From positions 1-64,000 of IMG/VR virus record IMGVR_UViG_3300020048_003367: a stretch of 64,000 nucleotides of DNA, one strand, 5' to 3'. Origin of the DNA: a virus. The notes beneath the pieces were generated by a model that made no database searches, was not told the origin of the DNA, and saw only the letters and a list, made by a program, of their open reading frames with translations. The translations under genes and the position numbers were made by a program. Position 1 is the stretch's first letter, and each line of letters starts with the position of its first letter. This document shows positions 5,106 to 13,724 of this stretch, in pieces.

Positions 5106-5981
5106 TTAGAAGCGGTGTGTAATGCCCACGCCAACTTGACGGATGTCTGTTGCAGCATTGACATTGCGGTACGAAACACCGGCCACTGTTCGCTTGCTCA
5201 ACGCATAGTCCATGCCCAGGTTGTAGGCACGAACACCAGTGTTGGTATCGCCCACGCTGGCCTTGGCAGTGTATGCACCAAATGCTTGGCTCACACCAAC
5301 CAAGTGACCTTTAGAAGCCACAACACCTTGGTTGTCACTGTAGCTGTAGAACACATTGGTTCCGCCTAGTTTGGTAGTTGCGCCAACCACAGTGCTCTTT
5401 TCTGAGCCTGCTTCGTAACGAGCAACACTGGCTGCAACTGCGCCAAACTTGGCACCTGCAGAAACCGCAGTAGCTTCGGCACCTGCAGCGGTCAATGTAC
5501 GGTCAATACCGACTGTGACACCTGGCAGTGCAGTGAGGGCCACAAACACGCCATTGCTAACGCGAACGCCACGCAAGTTGTGGATGTCGCCAGCCACTGA
5601 TCCATAGTTGGTGTCAAATGCGTCCAAGGAGCTCACAGTGTTAAACAAGCTGTGTGTGTTGCGACCAAAGTCTACGCTACCAAAACGATTTGCCAGGCCC
5701 ACTGTGCTTTGACGATCGCCCAGTTGTGTGGCAGAGCCTGTTACAGGATCTTGGCTAGCAATACTAGTTTCGATCACAGCACGAGCGCTCATGCCATTGC
5801 CCAAGTCTTCTGTGACTCGGAAGCCAATACGACTGGTGTCATTTACAATGCTGGAAACTGCGGCAGCAGAACCAGTTCGAGTGCTATCCACAGTAGCGTT
5901 GATCTTGCCATATACAGTGACTTGAGCGGAGGCTGCAAAAGCAGCAGCGGCCAAAGTGGCTGCAATTAAGATTTTCTTCAT
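5106..5981 (-). CDS. Gram-negative trimeric porin (betaproteobacterial type)
   Basis: Signal peptide, VTVYG start, SRIGF..EDLGNG motif, C-terminal GITHRF. Confidence 0.92.
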   Translation of the reverse strand: MKKILIAATLAAAAFAASAQVTVYGKINATVDSTRTGSAAAVSSIVNDTSRIGFRVTEDLGNGMSARAVIETSIASQDPVTGSATQLGDRQSTVGLANRFGSVDFGRNTHSLFNTVSSLDAFDTNYGSVAGDIHNLRGVRVSNGVFVALTALPGVTVGIDRTLTAAGAEATAVSAGAKFGAVAASVARYEAGSEKSTVVGATTKLGGTNVFYSYSDNQGVVASKGHLVGVSQAFGAYTAKASVGDTNTGVRAYNLGMDYALSKRTVAGVSYRNVNAATDIRQVGVGITHRF

Positions 5982-6095
5982 TTTTAAGTTTCCTTTTGTT
6001 GATCGGCTACAGGATGTAACCTTGTGTAAATTTTACACTTGAACAGTTATTTAAGCGACCTGGCATTTGTCCAAAAGAAAACCCGCCGAAACGGG

Positions 6096-6265
6096 TTACC
6101 TTAGCAGGCTCAGGGCCAGCTCTCTAGCGTCTTGTAATCTATCCAGTACATGGTTGCTCAGGGGTTCATCACCATCTTCGTCAACTGTAACTGGCCTGCG
6201 ATAAGCAACCTGTAAGTCTTGTATTTCAAAGTCTTCACTGTCGCTATCGCAGAGGTCTAGATCAC
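6096..6265 (-). CDS. Small acidic hypothetical ORF, start unresolved
   Basis: Protein-like reading SDLDLCDSDSEDFE...ARELALSLLR; no clean start after the upstream stop. Confidence 0.35.
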
Positions 6266-6501
6266 TTGCCTGCTGGCTTGGCTGGTGCTGCAGGAGCAGC
6301 AGTTGCTGCTTTTTCGTCCTTGACAACGGCACTTTTGGCAGGCTTCTTTTCTTCTTTCTTAACTGCTGCTTTGGCAGGAGTTGCTGGAGCACTTGCTGCT
6401 GGAGCAGGAGCTGCGGCAGCTGGGGCGGCTGCTTTGGGGGCGTCAGCTGCGAAAGCGGACATTGCGAACACTGCCAAAACGGATACGATTGCTGATTTCA
6501 T
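6262..6501 (-). CDS. Secreted Ala/Pro/Lys-rich small protein
   Basis: Signal peptide ending AFA; low-complexity body; SD AAGGA. Confidence 0.8.
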   Translation of the reverse strand: MKSAIVSVLAVFAMSAFAADAPKAAAPAAAAPAPAASAPATPAKAAVKKEEKKPAKSAVVKDEKAATAAPAAPAKPAGK

Positions 6502-6590
6502 GATAAGTTTCCTTGGGTTAGTGTAGACAGAACCTTTCCGCCTACATATATATAACGCGGTAGCCCAGCAAGGCGTTTACAACAGTCCAA

Positions 6591-6617
6591 AAGAAAAGCA
6601 CCCGAAAGTGCTTTCTT
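6591..6617 (-). terminator. Terminator after tmRNA
   Basis: RC AAGAAAGCAC-TTTCGG-GTGCTTTTCTT. Confidence 0.8.
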
Positions 6618-6920
6618 GCTATTTTCTGTTACGAGGTATAACTACCCTAGGAAGCTTTTATCAAGCAGCCAATGCGTAGACGGAGTCGTTTGCATTTAAA
6701 GGTTTTGTGTCTACGACCGGGTTACCCCAATCCTAACGGCTTCTACATTGCCGGACTGTCCATTTCAATACTTGTGACCCAATCGATCCTGTGTCATCCC
6801 CACCTAACTATACTCAATTATAGTGAATTATAATAAATTATAGTGAATTATAGTTAGGTGGAGATGGCGGGCACTGCCCCCGCGTCTTGAATCCTTTTCT
6901 GTCTACTTCATACAGTCTTA
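6618..6920 (-). ncRNA. ssrA: Two-piece (circularly permuted) tmRNA, tag ANDSVYALAA
   Basis: Acceptor piece ending GCGGG-GGCAGTG-CCCGC-CATCTCC-ACC (to 6857) precedes coding piece starting GGGGATG (6801); tag ORF 6693-6661. Confidence 0.92.
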
Positions 6921-6926
6921 ACTCTT

Positions 6927-6955
6927 AGTATACTTGAATCTTTATTAATTGTCAA
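6927..6955 (-). promoter_or_regulatory. sigma70 promoter for tmRNA
   Basis: TTGACA-N17-TATACT. Confidence 0.85.
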
Positions 6956-7910
6956 GTAGTGTTTGCTCAACCGCTTGAATCAATCCAGGTGTAAAGGTGC
7001 CTTCGAATTGCTGATACACACTGGCCAACTCTAGCTTGGCAGCATCACGCTGTGCTTGAGTCCACTTGGTGATAGTTGCACCTTGCTCAATCAAGCGCTG
7101 TTCAGCACGTTCACCATCAGCAATGGTTTCTGCACGTTCTTCACGACCGGCCAGGATCGCAGCTTTCTTGACAATTTCTTGCACAGCCGGGCTCAACGAG
7201 TCCCAGAACCTGTCGCCAATGATCATGGAAGTAAGGAACAAACTGTGGCCGGTATCGATCACTGACTTGGTAACTTCGTTCTGACGCAGTGGGAACACAC
7301 GTGGATAGTTGGTTTCACCGCCTTCGGCTAGGCCTTCATTTACAACCTTGAGCAAGTCTTCTACTTCGGCCACAACAGGCTTCATGCCTAGCGCAGACAA
7401 AGTAGCTTGTGCAACTGGGTTGCGGTTGCTGCGAACACCAACCCCAGCCAGTTCAGCCAAGGTGCTTACTTGCTTGTTGGCAATCAACTGACGGAAACCG
7501 CCTGAATAGGTAAAGCTCAAGCCACGCACATTGGATTTGGCAGCTAGCTTTTGCAGTAGAGTTTCGCCAATGTTGCCTTCTAGCACTCGTGTGGCATGGT
7601 CGTGATCTTTAAACAAGAATGGCATGTCAAACACCAAGAAGTCTTGTTCGTACTTTTCGGCCAACCAAGTGGTGTACATCTGGCTCATCTCAATCTTGCC
7701 TTGCTCCATGAGTTCCAACAAATCGTGCTTGGTAACAACCACGCCATTGTTGTAGCGTTGGCTGTACTCAGTCAAGGTCATAATTTCAACCTCGATCTTG
7801 TGTTCAGTTTGCTGTTCATTAACACGGCGCTCGAAGTCTTCGGCTGCACGTAGGAAAAGATTCAGGGGTTCGTGGGCAATAACCCAACGGATTTTAGTAG
7901 TGTTGTTCAT
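6945..7910 (-). CDS. TRAP-type substrate-binding protein (DctP-like) without signal peptide
   Basis: FDMPFLFKDHDHA, GGFRQL, L.G..VR, FWDSLSPAVQEIV motifs. Confidence 0.85.
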   Translation of the reverse strand: MNNTTKIRWVIAHEPLNLFLRAAEDFERRVNEQQTEHKIEVEIMTLTEYSQRYNNGVVVTKHDLLELMEQGKIEMSQMYTTWLAEKYEQDFLVFDMPFLFKDHDHATRVLEGNIGETLLQKLAAKSNVRGLSFTYSGGFRQLIANKQVSTLAELAGVGVRSNRNPVAQATLSALGMKPVVAEVEDLLKVVNEGLAEGGETNYPRVFPLRQNEVTKSVIDTGHSLFLTSMIIGDRFWDSLSPAVQEIVKKAAILAGREERAETIADGERAEQRLIEQGATITKWTQAQRDAAKLELASVYQQFEGTFTPGLIQAVEQTLLDN

Positions 7911-8034
7911 TTTTGTTCCAAAAATATGTTTGATTAGCTTGCGATTAACGCTACGGCCCGGCGTTCCATATGGTAAAAGGGCCTTGCCCTAGGCGTCGTT
8001 GTAACCGGCGTCGGCCCCTGCCGGCGCTGCTTGA

Positions 8035-8934
8035 TTATTTATCTACCTTGACGTCTTGGCTTAGACGTTTCCACAAAGTCACTTGGTTATCAAACCAACG
8101 TTGCGTGTCTGCTACACCAAGATTGCTAGCATCACAAAAATCCACAGCATAGGCTTTTTGCACATTATCTGCACGGGCTACATCAACAACCAAGGCACGT
8201 AATTCGTTGTATTGTGTATCGGGCATGCTTTTTGGCACTTGCAAACTGTGCATATTTACAACCTCTCCAACCCCAGCAAAACCTTGACTTTCAAGTGTAG
8301 CTATGCCACGAACTGTTTTCTTGCCTGAAATTCCTAATGCAGCAAGTTCGTGCTGGTCCAGGAATCCCACAACTTCGCCCAAAAATGCCACGCTGAGATC
8401 TAGGTTACCTGCAATAACATCAATGCTGGCCTCACGTGTGCCTTTGTAGGGTACCACTGTGGCGTTGGGATAACGCTTGACAATCTCCATGGCCATAAGG
8501 TGCGAGGTTGCGCCAAGTCCGGATATTCCTATACTGATATTTTGATTGCGATCAATTTCTTTAAACGACTTAAACTTCTTGGAAACAATCAGCATAGGGG
8601 CTGCGCACTGCGTCATTAAAGGTCGAAAGTCTGCCACAACATGGCTTTCTTTTGGGTAAAAATTAGGGCGTACAAAAAACGCAGTGCTTGAGCTCAATAT
8701 AGAATTTGTATTGGTAGCCACATGTTTGGCACCGATAGTGGCACCTGCTCCCGGTTTGTTTTCCAGGATAAAGTTGTATTTCTTTTGAGTCTTGTTTAGC
8801 TCTTCAATCAAGCTGCGACTGTATTGTGCCTGAGTGTCGCCCATGCCAAAAGGCCAAACAATAGAGATAGTTTGTTGTGCGTGTGCAGCACATGCGAATG
8901 CTGTGATAGCAGCAGAGAGCAATAGTTTTTTCAT
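8035..8934 (-). CDS. Tripartite tricarboxylate transporter substrate-binding protein (Bug/TctC)
   Basis: ENKPGAGATIG, SGLGATSHL, VPYKG motifs; signal peptide. Confidence 0.88.
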   Translation of the reverse strand: MKKLLLSAAITAFACAAHAQQTISIVWPFGMGDTQAQYSRSLIEELNKTQKKYNFILENKPGAGATIGAKHVATNTNSILSSSTAFFVRPNFYPKESHVVADFRPLMTQCAAPMLIVSKKFKSFKEIDRNQNISIGISGLGATSHLMAMEIVKRYPNATVVPYKGTREASIDVIAGNLDLSVAFLGEVVGFLDQHELAALGISGKKTVRGIATLESQGFAGVGEVVNMHSLQVPKSMPDTQYNELRALVVDVARADNVQKAYAVDFCDASNLGVADTQRWFDNQVTLWKRLSQDVKVDK

Positions 8935-10115
8935 TTGAATAGTTCTTGCGATGTATCAGTATTGGAGTAATCGGCTGGCCCTAGATCGTAGAATGTGTCC
9001 ATGAATCCCACAAACCCAACTGGTCTGCCCATTTCGTATGTAAAGAACTTGGGATCAATCTTGTCTACCATGTGCTGTACGCCAGCCTTCCACACTTCGT
9101 AAAAGCGTGTTTCGGTAAAGTTCTTGAAAAACCACCAGCCCATTTCGCTGTAGAAGTTGTTGGTGCTTTTCATTGTTTGCCACGTGGTGGGATCATAATC
9201 TTCGTAGATCAGTGGACGAGCGATTTGCTCATATGCGTTGCGTTGTGCTGGGCTGTGGTTAGGCCAGCGCATTAGGAATTGCAAATGCCTGGTATGCGGC
9301 AGCTGGAACCAATTACGAATTGTGTGAGCTTGCTTGATAATTAATTCAGGAATGTCTGGTTGCCAATAAAAGTATTCTGTGGTCAGATTGGTATAAGGGC
9401 CTACAGTGGCTTGACTATGATTGGCTTGAATATCCAAAAAATACAAGTACCAACGACCGTCTTTGATACAGATCTTGGGCTTGTCAATCCCGTATAACAC
9501 ACAGATACTCTTGCCAGATTCTGCCAGTTGCTTGTGGCCATCAAACCCCAACGGATCATGTTTGAATGTGTGTTCTGGGTGCAGGTAATCTCTTGCACGT
9601 TCTACCCAAGACTCATCACCTTTGTAGTCAAGAATATTTTGACTAAAGTCGTGCATGGTAATTTTTATGTTGGGATGGCTCAGTGCTAGCTTTTGCAACA
9701 CCGGTTTGGCTGCAAAGTGCCACTCGCTAAGAGTGTTCTCTGCTTTCATGTTCTTGGCATCGGGACCAAGATTTTTGTCGCCTTGTGCAGGATAACGAAA
9801 CACTACTTCATCTAGATGAATTCCATTGTTGATAAAACTGTATAGCACTGTGGTGCTGTCCGATCCGCCACTGAATTCCAAACGAATGTAGTCGTATTTT
9901 TCACGAAGCTGTTTGGCTCTCATGCGATAAAGATCTCGCAAACTCAGCTGCGGTTCTATAGTTGTATCTATCTTGCTGTAGACTTCTCTGTTGAAATTAA
10001 AGTGAGGGAAGTGCCCTGTGGCTGTGGCTTCCAACAATGCTTGTGGCTTGCTGTAAAAGCGTTTGTCTCCTACAGTGTAAAAGCCCAGTTTGGGATTGTT
10101 TTCTAATTGTATCAC
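8931..10115 (-). CDS. PP-loop (adenine nucleotide alpha hydrolase) family protein
   Basis: LREKYDYIRLEFSGGSDS; GIDKP. Confidence 0.75.
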   Translation of the reverse strand: MIQLENNPKLGFYTVGDKRFYSKPQALLEATATGHFPHFNFNREVYSKIDTTIEPQLSLRDLYRMRAKQLREKYDYIRLEFSGGSDSTTVLYSFINNGIHLDEVVFRYPAQGDKNLGPDAKNMKAENTLSEWHFAAKPVLQKLALSHPNIKITMHDFSQNILDYKGDESWVERARDYLHPEHTFKHDPLGFDGHKQLAESGKSICVLYGIDKPKICIKDGRWYLYFLDIQANHSQATVGPYTNLTTEYFYWQPDIPELIIKQAHTIRNWFQLPHTRHLQFLMRWPNHSPAQRNAYEQIARPLIYEDYDPTTWQTMKSTNNFYSEMGWWFFKNFTETRFYEVWKAGVQHMVDKIDPKFFTYEMGRPVGFVGFMDTFYDLGPADYSNTDTSQELFK

Positions 10116-11029
10116 TTGCGTGGCTCTAGTGTAGGTAACAGTTGATATACCTTGATTGCTTCGCTTTGTATAAATTGTTGCAAATCTTTTGTATATCGCC
10201 CTTGGGTGATTGTTCCTAGTTTTGCGTAAGTGTTGGCCTCTGTTTTGGTTGCGTTGTCAAGGGCATTTTGTACTTGCTTGACCAAAACTGGGTCCGCTGA
10301 ATTGTTGGCAAACACCATGAACCAATTGATTGGTCCGCTAACTGCATTTATACCTTGTTCTTTTAATGTGGGCACATCGGGCATAGCTGGATGACGTAGT
10401 TTTCCAGTCACTCCTAATACTACCAACCGACCATCATCTAAATAAGGCTTGGCCCCGCTTAGAATGGAAAATACTGCACCTAAATTTCCTCCAGCAACAT
10501 CAATCAATGCCGGAGCTTCGCCCTTGTATGGCACATGAGTCATGTTCTGTTTAGTGTGCTGTTGTATCATGGCCATTGCGATAGAATTACCTGAGCCAAC
10601 TCCTGAACTTCCATAAAATACTTGAGACTTTAAAAACTTAGGCAATGTGTCTAGTGGGCCGTCTTTTTTGACCATCAAAAACATAGGCACAGCCCCCAAA
10701 TGAACAATGGGCTGAAAGTCAAGCATGGTGTATCCTGCGCCTGACTTGGTGCTGTTGACTACTACATTGAGACTGTGCAGCATCAGCACAGTTTCTTTGC
10801 CGGTTGATCGAGCTAGCATTTGGGCAGCAATGGCTCCACCTGCACCAGAATGAATCTCTGGTACAAAGTTATGTGCAGGAATACGCTCATTCAAGTGCTT
10901 GGCAATAATTCGTGCAGTTATGTCGCCCGACCCGCCAGGTGCGTACGGCACAATAAGTTTGATGTTGTCTGCTTGAGCAGCAAAACTGTACAAAGCTAAC
11001 GCGATGGCAGTTACAAAATGTTTTAACAT
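10112..11029 (-). CDS. Bug/TctC substrate-binding protein, second paralog
   Basis: IKLIVPYAPGGSGD, GAGGAIA, HVPYKG, PDVPTLKEQG. Confidence 0.92.
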   Translation of the reverse strand: MLKHFVTAIALALYSFAAQADNIKLIVPYAPGGSGDITARIIAKHLNERIPAHNFVPEIHSGAGGAIAAQMLARSTGKETVLMLHSLNVVVNSTKSGAGYTMLDFQPIVHLGAVPMFLMVKKDGPLDTLPKFLKSQVFYGSSGVGSGNSIAMAMIQQHTKQNMTHVPYKGEAPALIDVAGGNLGAVFSILSGAKPYLDDGRLVVLGVTGKLRHPAMPDVPTLKEQGINAVSGPINWFMVFANNSADPVLVKQVQNALDNATKTEANTYAKLGTITQGRYTKDLQQFIQSEAIKVYQLLPTLEPRK

Positions 11030-11031
11030 TG

Positions 11032-12189
11032 TTATTTTCCTAGATAATATGGGGGGCTTGTGTCTCTGAAAAAACCTTGAGACATACTTTTGGGATCACG
11101 TTTGCATGCATCAGGAGTTGTGCGCCATAAGTGCTCAAGGCCAACTCGCCAAGAATATTTAGCGATGTCCGAATCAGGCAAATTAAAAAACCAAGTGTCT
11201 CGCGGTGTAAAAAATGTGCTCTTTGTCTTGGCCTGAAATGGAACTTGCTGCCACCAAGGATAGATCAATTGGTTTATAGTGCTCAATGTGAGCCAAAGCA
11301 CTTGTCCTTGGTAAGTGAACGATACCAGGCCAATTCTTTCTGTAGTAACACCGGGGGTGGTATTGTTTGCACTCTTGAGAAAACGTTTGACTACGTGAGC
11401 CTGCTTGATAGGAATCAGCGGAGCTTCTGGAGACCAATAAAACAATTCGTCATGTTCCCAGTCTCTATTGAGTTTTTGTACTAAGGGGCTTACTGCGGTA
11501 TCTACCATGTTGACAAATTGATAATAAAAATCTCCGTTGATACCGGTTACTTTGGGTTTGTCAACACCGTGAATGAATCCTACACGCAGCCCTTGATCCA
11601 CCATGTTCATCCAGTCTGGCACTTTAGTTTTTATATCTCTGCGAGCCAATACATTGGGATTTTGATAACTGTTTACATCGTAGATCCAGTCAAACTTGTC
11701 TTCTTTGCCTGAGAACGAATCCATTGTGATTTGAGAAAGATCTAGTATGCGATGCTTGAGCCAAGGTTGTTTGACTTGTGCTGACTCTATCCAAGGCACC
11801 GCCACATTATAAATTTCGGCATTGAGAAAGTTAAACTTGTCACCAGTGGCATCATAGTTGACGTAACTGACTACTTCATCAATGCGAATGTTAAAGTTTA
11901 AAAATGTGTTTAAAATATTACCCGAGTCTGCACCGCCTGAGAACCACAATACAAGATAATCATATTTTTCTCTCAGACGCTGTGCATGCTGTCGATACAA
12001 CTCTTCAAGAGATTCTGGCGGCTCTTGCAACCAATCAAAACTAGAATAAACTTCTTGGTTAAAATTCCAGGCAACTTTTTGTCCGCCTTTGGCATGCTCA
12101 TATGCTTCATTTCTACTGTAGCTTCGAAAATCGCCAACTTGATAAAAACCAAAACGATCTTGATTATTAGATATCTGTATAATTGTCAT
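11032..12189 (-). CDS. PP-loop family protein, second paralog
   Basis: LREKYDYLVLWFSGGADS; GVDKP; FYW.P..P...IKQAH shared with 8931-10115. Confidence 0.75.
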   Translation of the reverse strand: MTIIQISNNQDRFGFYQVGDFRSYSRNEAYEHAKGGQKVAWNFNQEVYSSFDWLQEPPESLEELYRQHAQRLREKYDYLVLWFSGGADSGNILNTFLNFNIRIDEVVSYVNYDATGDKFNFLNAEIYNVAVPWIESAQVKQPWLKHRILDLSQITMDSFSGKEDKFDWIYDVNSYQNPNVLARRDIKTKVPDWMNMVDQGLRVGFIHGVDKPKVTGINGDFYYQFVNMVDTAVSPLVQKLNRDWEHDELFYWSPEAPLIPIKQAHVVKRFLKSANNTTPGVTTERIGLVSFTYQGQVLWLTLSTINQLIYPWWQQVPFQAKTKSTFFTPRDTWFFNLPDSDIAKYSWRVGLEHLWRTTPDACKRDPKSMSQGFFRDTSPPYYLGK

Positions 12190-12730
12190 CAGTTATTACT
12201 ATCCATCTTAGCTTGAACAGGTCTTCTTGGATTTCTTTAGTCACATGACTCTCTCCTACAAAGTTGGCTTTGTACCACTGGTGTCGTTCCAGTTGCTCGG
12301 GAGTCATTGTTTCAACATCTGCGTCACCTTGAATGCCTGAGCAGTACCAGTCCATGTAATCACCTTTGCCCAACATGTCTGCTAGGATGCCGCCAGCATA
12401 GCGCCATGAGCACGACCAGGTCTTGTTTTGTAGAGCAGGCCACACTTCGTTCTTTTGAAAGTCGTTGTTGCATAGCGCGGCATAAAGATTCTGTGCGTAA
12501 CCTTCTGACTCACGGGCTTTGGCCACAATCCAGTCAGTGGCACGGAGATCATACTCCATGTTGTTTTCTCGCCACTTGGGATCAGCTTCGCGTTCACGCA
12601 TTTGTGCTTGGTGTGACTGGTAGAACCCAATTATTTCTTGTGCTGCTTCGGCACTTTTTTCACCAGATTCAACTTTTGAAATCAAAGTCTCTATTTGAAA
12701 TGTACCACGCTCGGGACTTGAGCTGATCAT
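12167..12730 (-). CDS. Hypothetical phage protein
   Basis: ORF coupled to neighbours; YAQNLYAALCNN / WSCSWRYAGG / DWYCSG. Confidence 0.75.
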   Translation of the reverse strand: MISSSPERGTFQIETLISKVESGEKSAEAAQEIIGFYQSHQAQMREREADPKWRENNMEYDLRATDWIVAKARESEGYAQNLYAALCNNDFQKNEVWPALQNKTWSCSWRYAGGILADMLGKGDYMDWYCSGIQGDADVETMTPEQLERHQWYKANFVGESHVTKEIQEDLFKLRWIVITDDNYTDI

Positions 12731-12972
12731 TGCAGTTTCCTAACACGACCGGTTTGTTCCCACATTGCATCCAGGACCTCAGGATTGAGATCTAGATCCT
12801 CGGCCAAGTGGTCAAGATCAATTTCGCGGCTTTGTTCAGCTAGTTCTTCAGCTGACATGTTGGCAAAGGTCTTAGAGATCTCGGCCATTAGCTCATCCAG
12901 TTCGGCCTGAGTGCCTTCAAAGGTATCGAAACATCCTGGGGCAAAAACTACTTTTAACGGAGTATCACTCAT
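12727..12972 (-). CDS. Hypothetical protein
   Basis: SD AAGGGA; ATGA overlap. Confidence 0.7.
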   Translation of the reverse strand: MSDTPLKVVFAPGCFDTFEGTQAELDELMAEISKTFANMSAEELAEQSREIDLDHLAEDLDLNPEVLDAMWEQTGRVRKLQ

Positions 12973-12989
12973 GTTATCCCTTTGCTAAT

Positions 12990-13075
12990 TGGTACGACTG
13001 GAGGGACTTGAACCCTCAATCCCTTACGGGCGACAGATTTTAAGTCTGTAGTGTATACCATTCCACCACAGTCGC
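12990..13075 (-). tRNA. tRNA-Leu(TAA)
   Basis: ACAGA-CTTAAAA-TCTGT, variable arm, ACCA. Confidence 0.93.
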
Positions 13076-13081
13076 ATTGTT

Positions 13082-13156
13082 TGGTCCGGCGTAGAGGAAT
13101 CGAACCTCTATAATGACTTTAGAAGAATCATGTCCTATCCGTTGAACGAACGCCAG
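13082..13156 (-). tRNA. tRNA-Arg(TCT)
   Basis: TGATT-CTTCTAA-AGTCA, CCA. Confidence 0.9.
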
Positions 13157-13162
13157 ATATTT

Positions 13163-13241
13163 TGGTGGGACGTCTGTGAGTCGAACACAGCACCAATAGA
13201 TTATGAGTCTACTGCTCTAACCAAGCATGAGCTAACGTCCC
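13163..13241 (-). tRNA. tRNA(CAT), probably Ile2 (lysidine type)
   Basis: GTAGA-CTCATAA-TCTAT; GGG acceptor, A73. Confidence 0.85.
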
Positions 13242-13250
13242 AATAAACTT

Positions 13251-13279
13251 ATTATAACAGAAATGTTATTTATTGTCAA
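13251..13279 (-). promoter_or_regulatory. sigma70 promoter for the three-tRNA cluster
   Basis: Perfect TTGACA-N17-TATAAT. Confidence 0.9.
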
Positions 13280-13679
13280 CAGTTTTAAACAACTGCTCGG
13301 GGTCGCTTAGATGATCCGTTTTGATCTCGCGCATCTTGAGCCCAAACAACTCGGCAATTGAGTTCTTGTAGGTGATGCGACGGTTGTTCCAATCACGAAT
13401 AGCAATGGCTCTGCGTCCGATTTCGTCCATGGGCAACAGGTGCTCCACGCCGGACTTTAACTGCCATTCCAGGTCCCAGATCCGGTTATGGATCACAGTG
13501 ATTTCTGCAATGTTGTGATCCAAAGTAGCACGTTGGCGTGTGTCCATGATTTCAATCAGACTGCGATATTTGTCCTCGTACCAGTCCAGTTCGTCTTGGT
13601 TGGCACCTTGAGTGCGTTCATGTTTGATACGTGCAATGCACAGTCGATCAATTAGTTCTAGTACAGGTAAAAATTCCAT
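13266..13679 (-). CDS. Helical protein, DUF6165/DUF4254-like
   Basis: ELIDRL.I..IK ... N.IWDLE ... N..R...K..I pattern. Confidence 0.6.
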   Translation of the reverse strand: MEFLPVLELIDRLCIARIKHERTQGANQDELDWYEDKYRSLIEIMDTRQRATLDHNIAEITVIHNRIWDLEWQLKSGVEHLLPMDEIGRRAIAIRDWNNRRITYKNSIAELFGLKMREIKTDHLSDPEQLFKTVDNK

Positions 13680-13724
13680 TGTAAGCCTTTGTTACATGTA
13701 TTTTATGACACTACAATGCACAAG

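Noticed and set aside
8931-12189. Calling the PP-loop proteins QueC
   Set aside because: Only SGGxDS is shared; they are ~390 aa, lack the C-terminal Cys zinc motif and lie far from the que genes.
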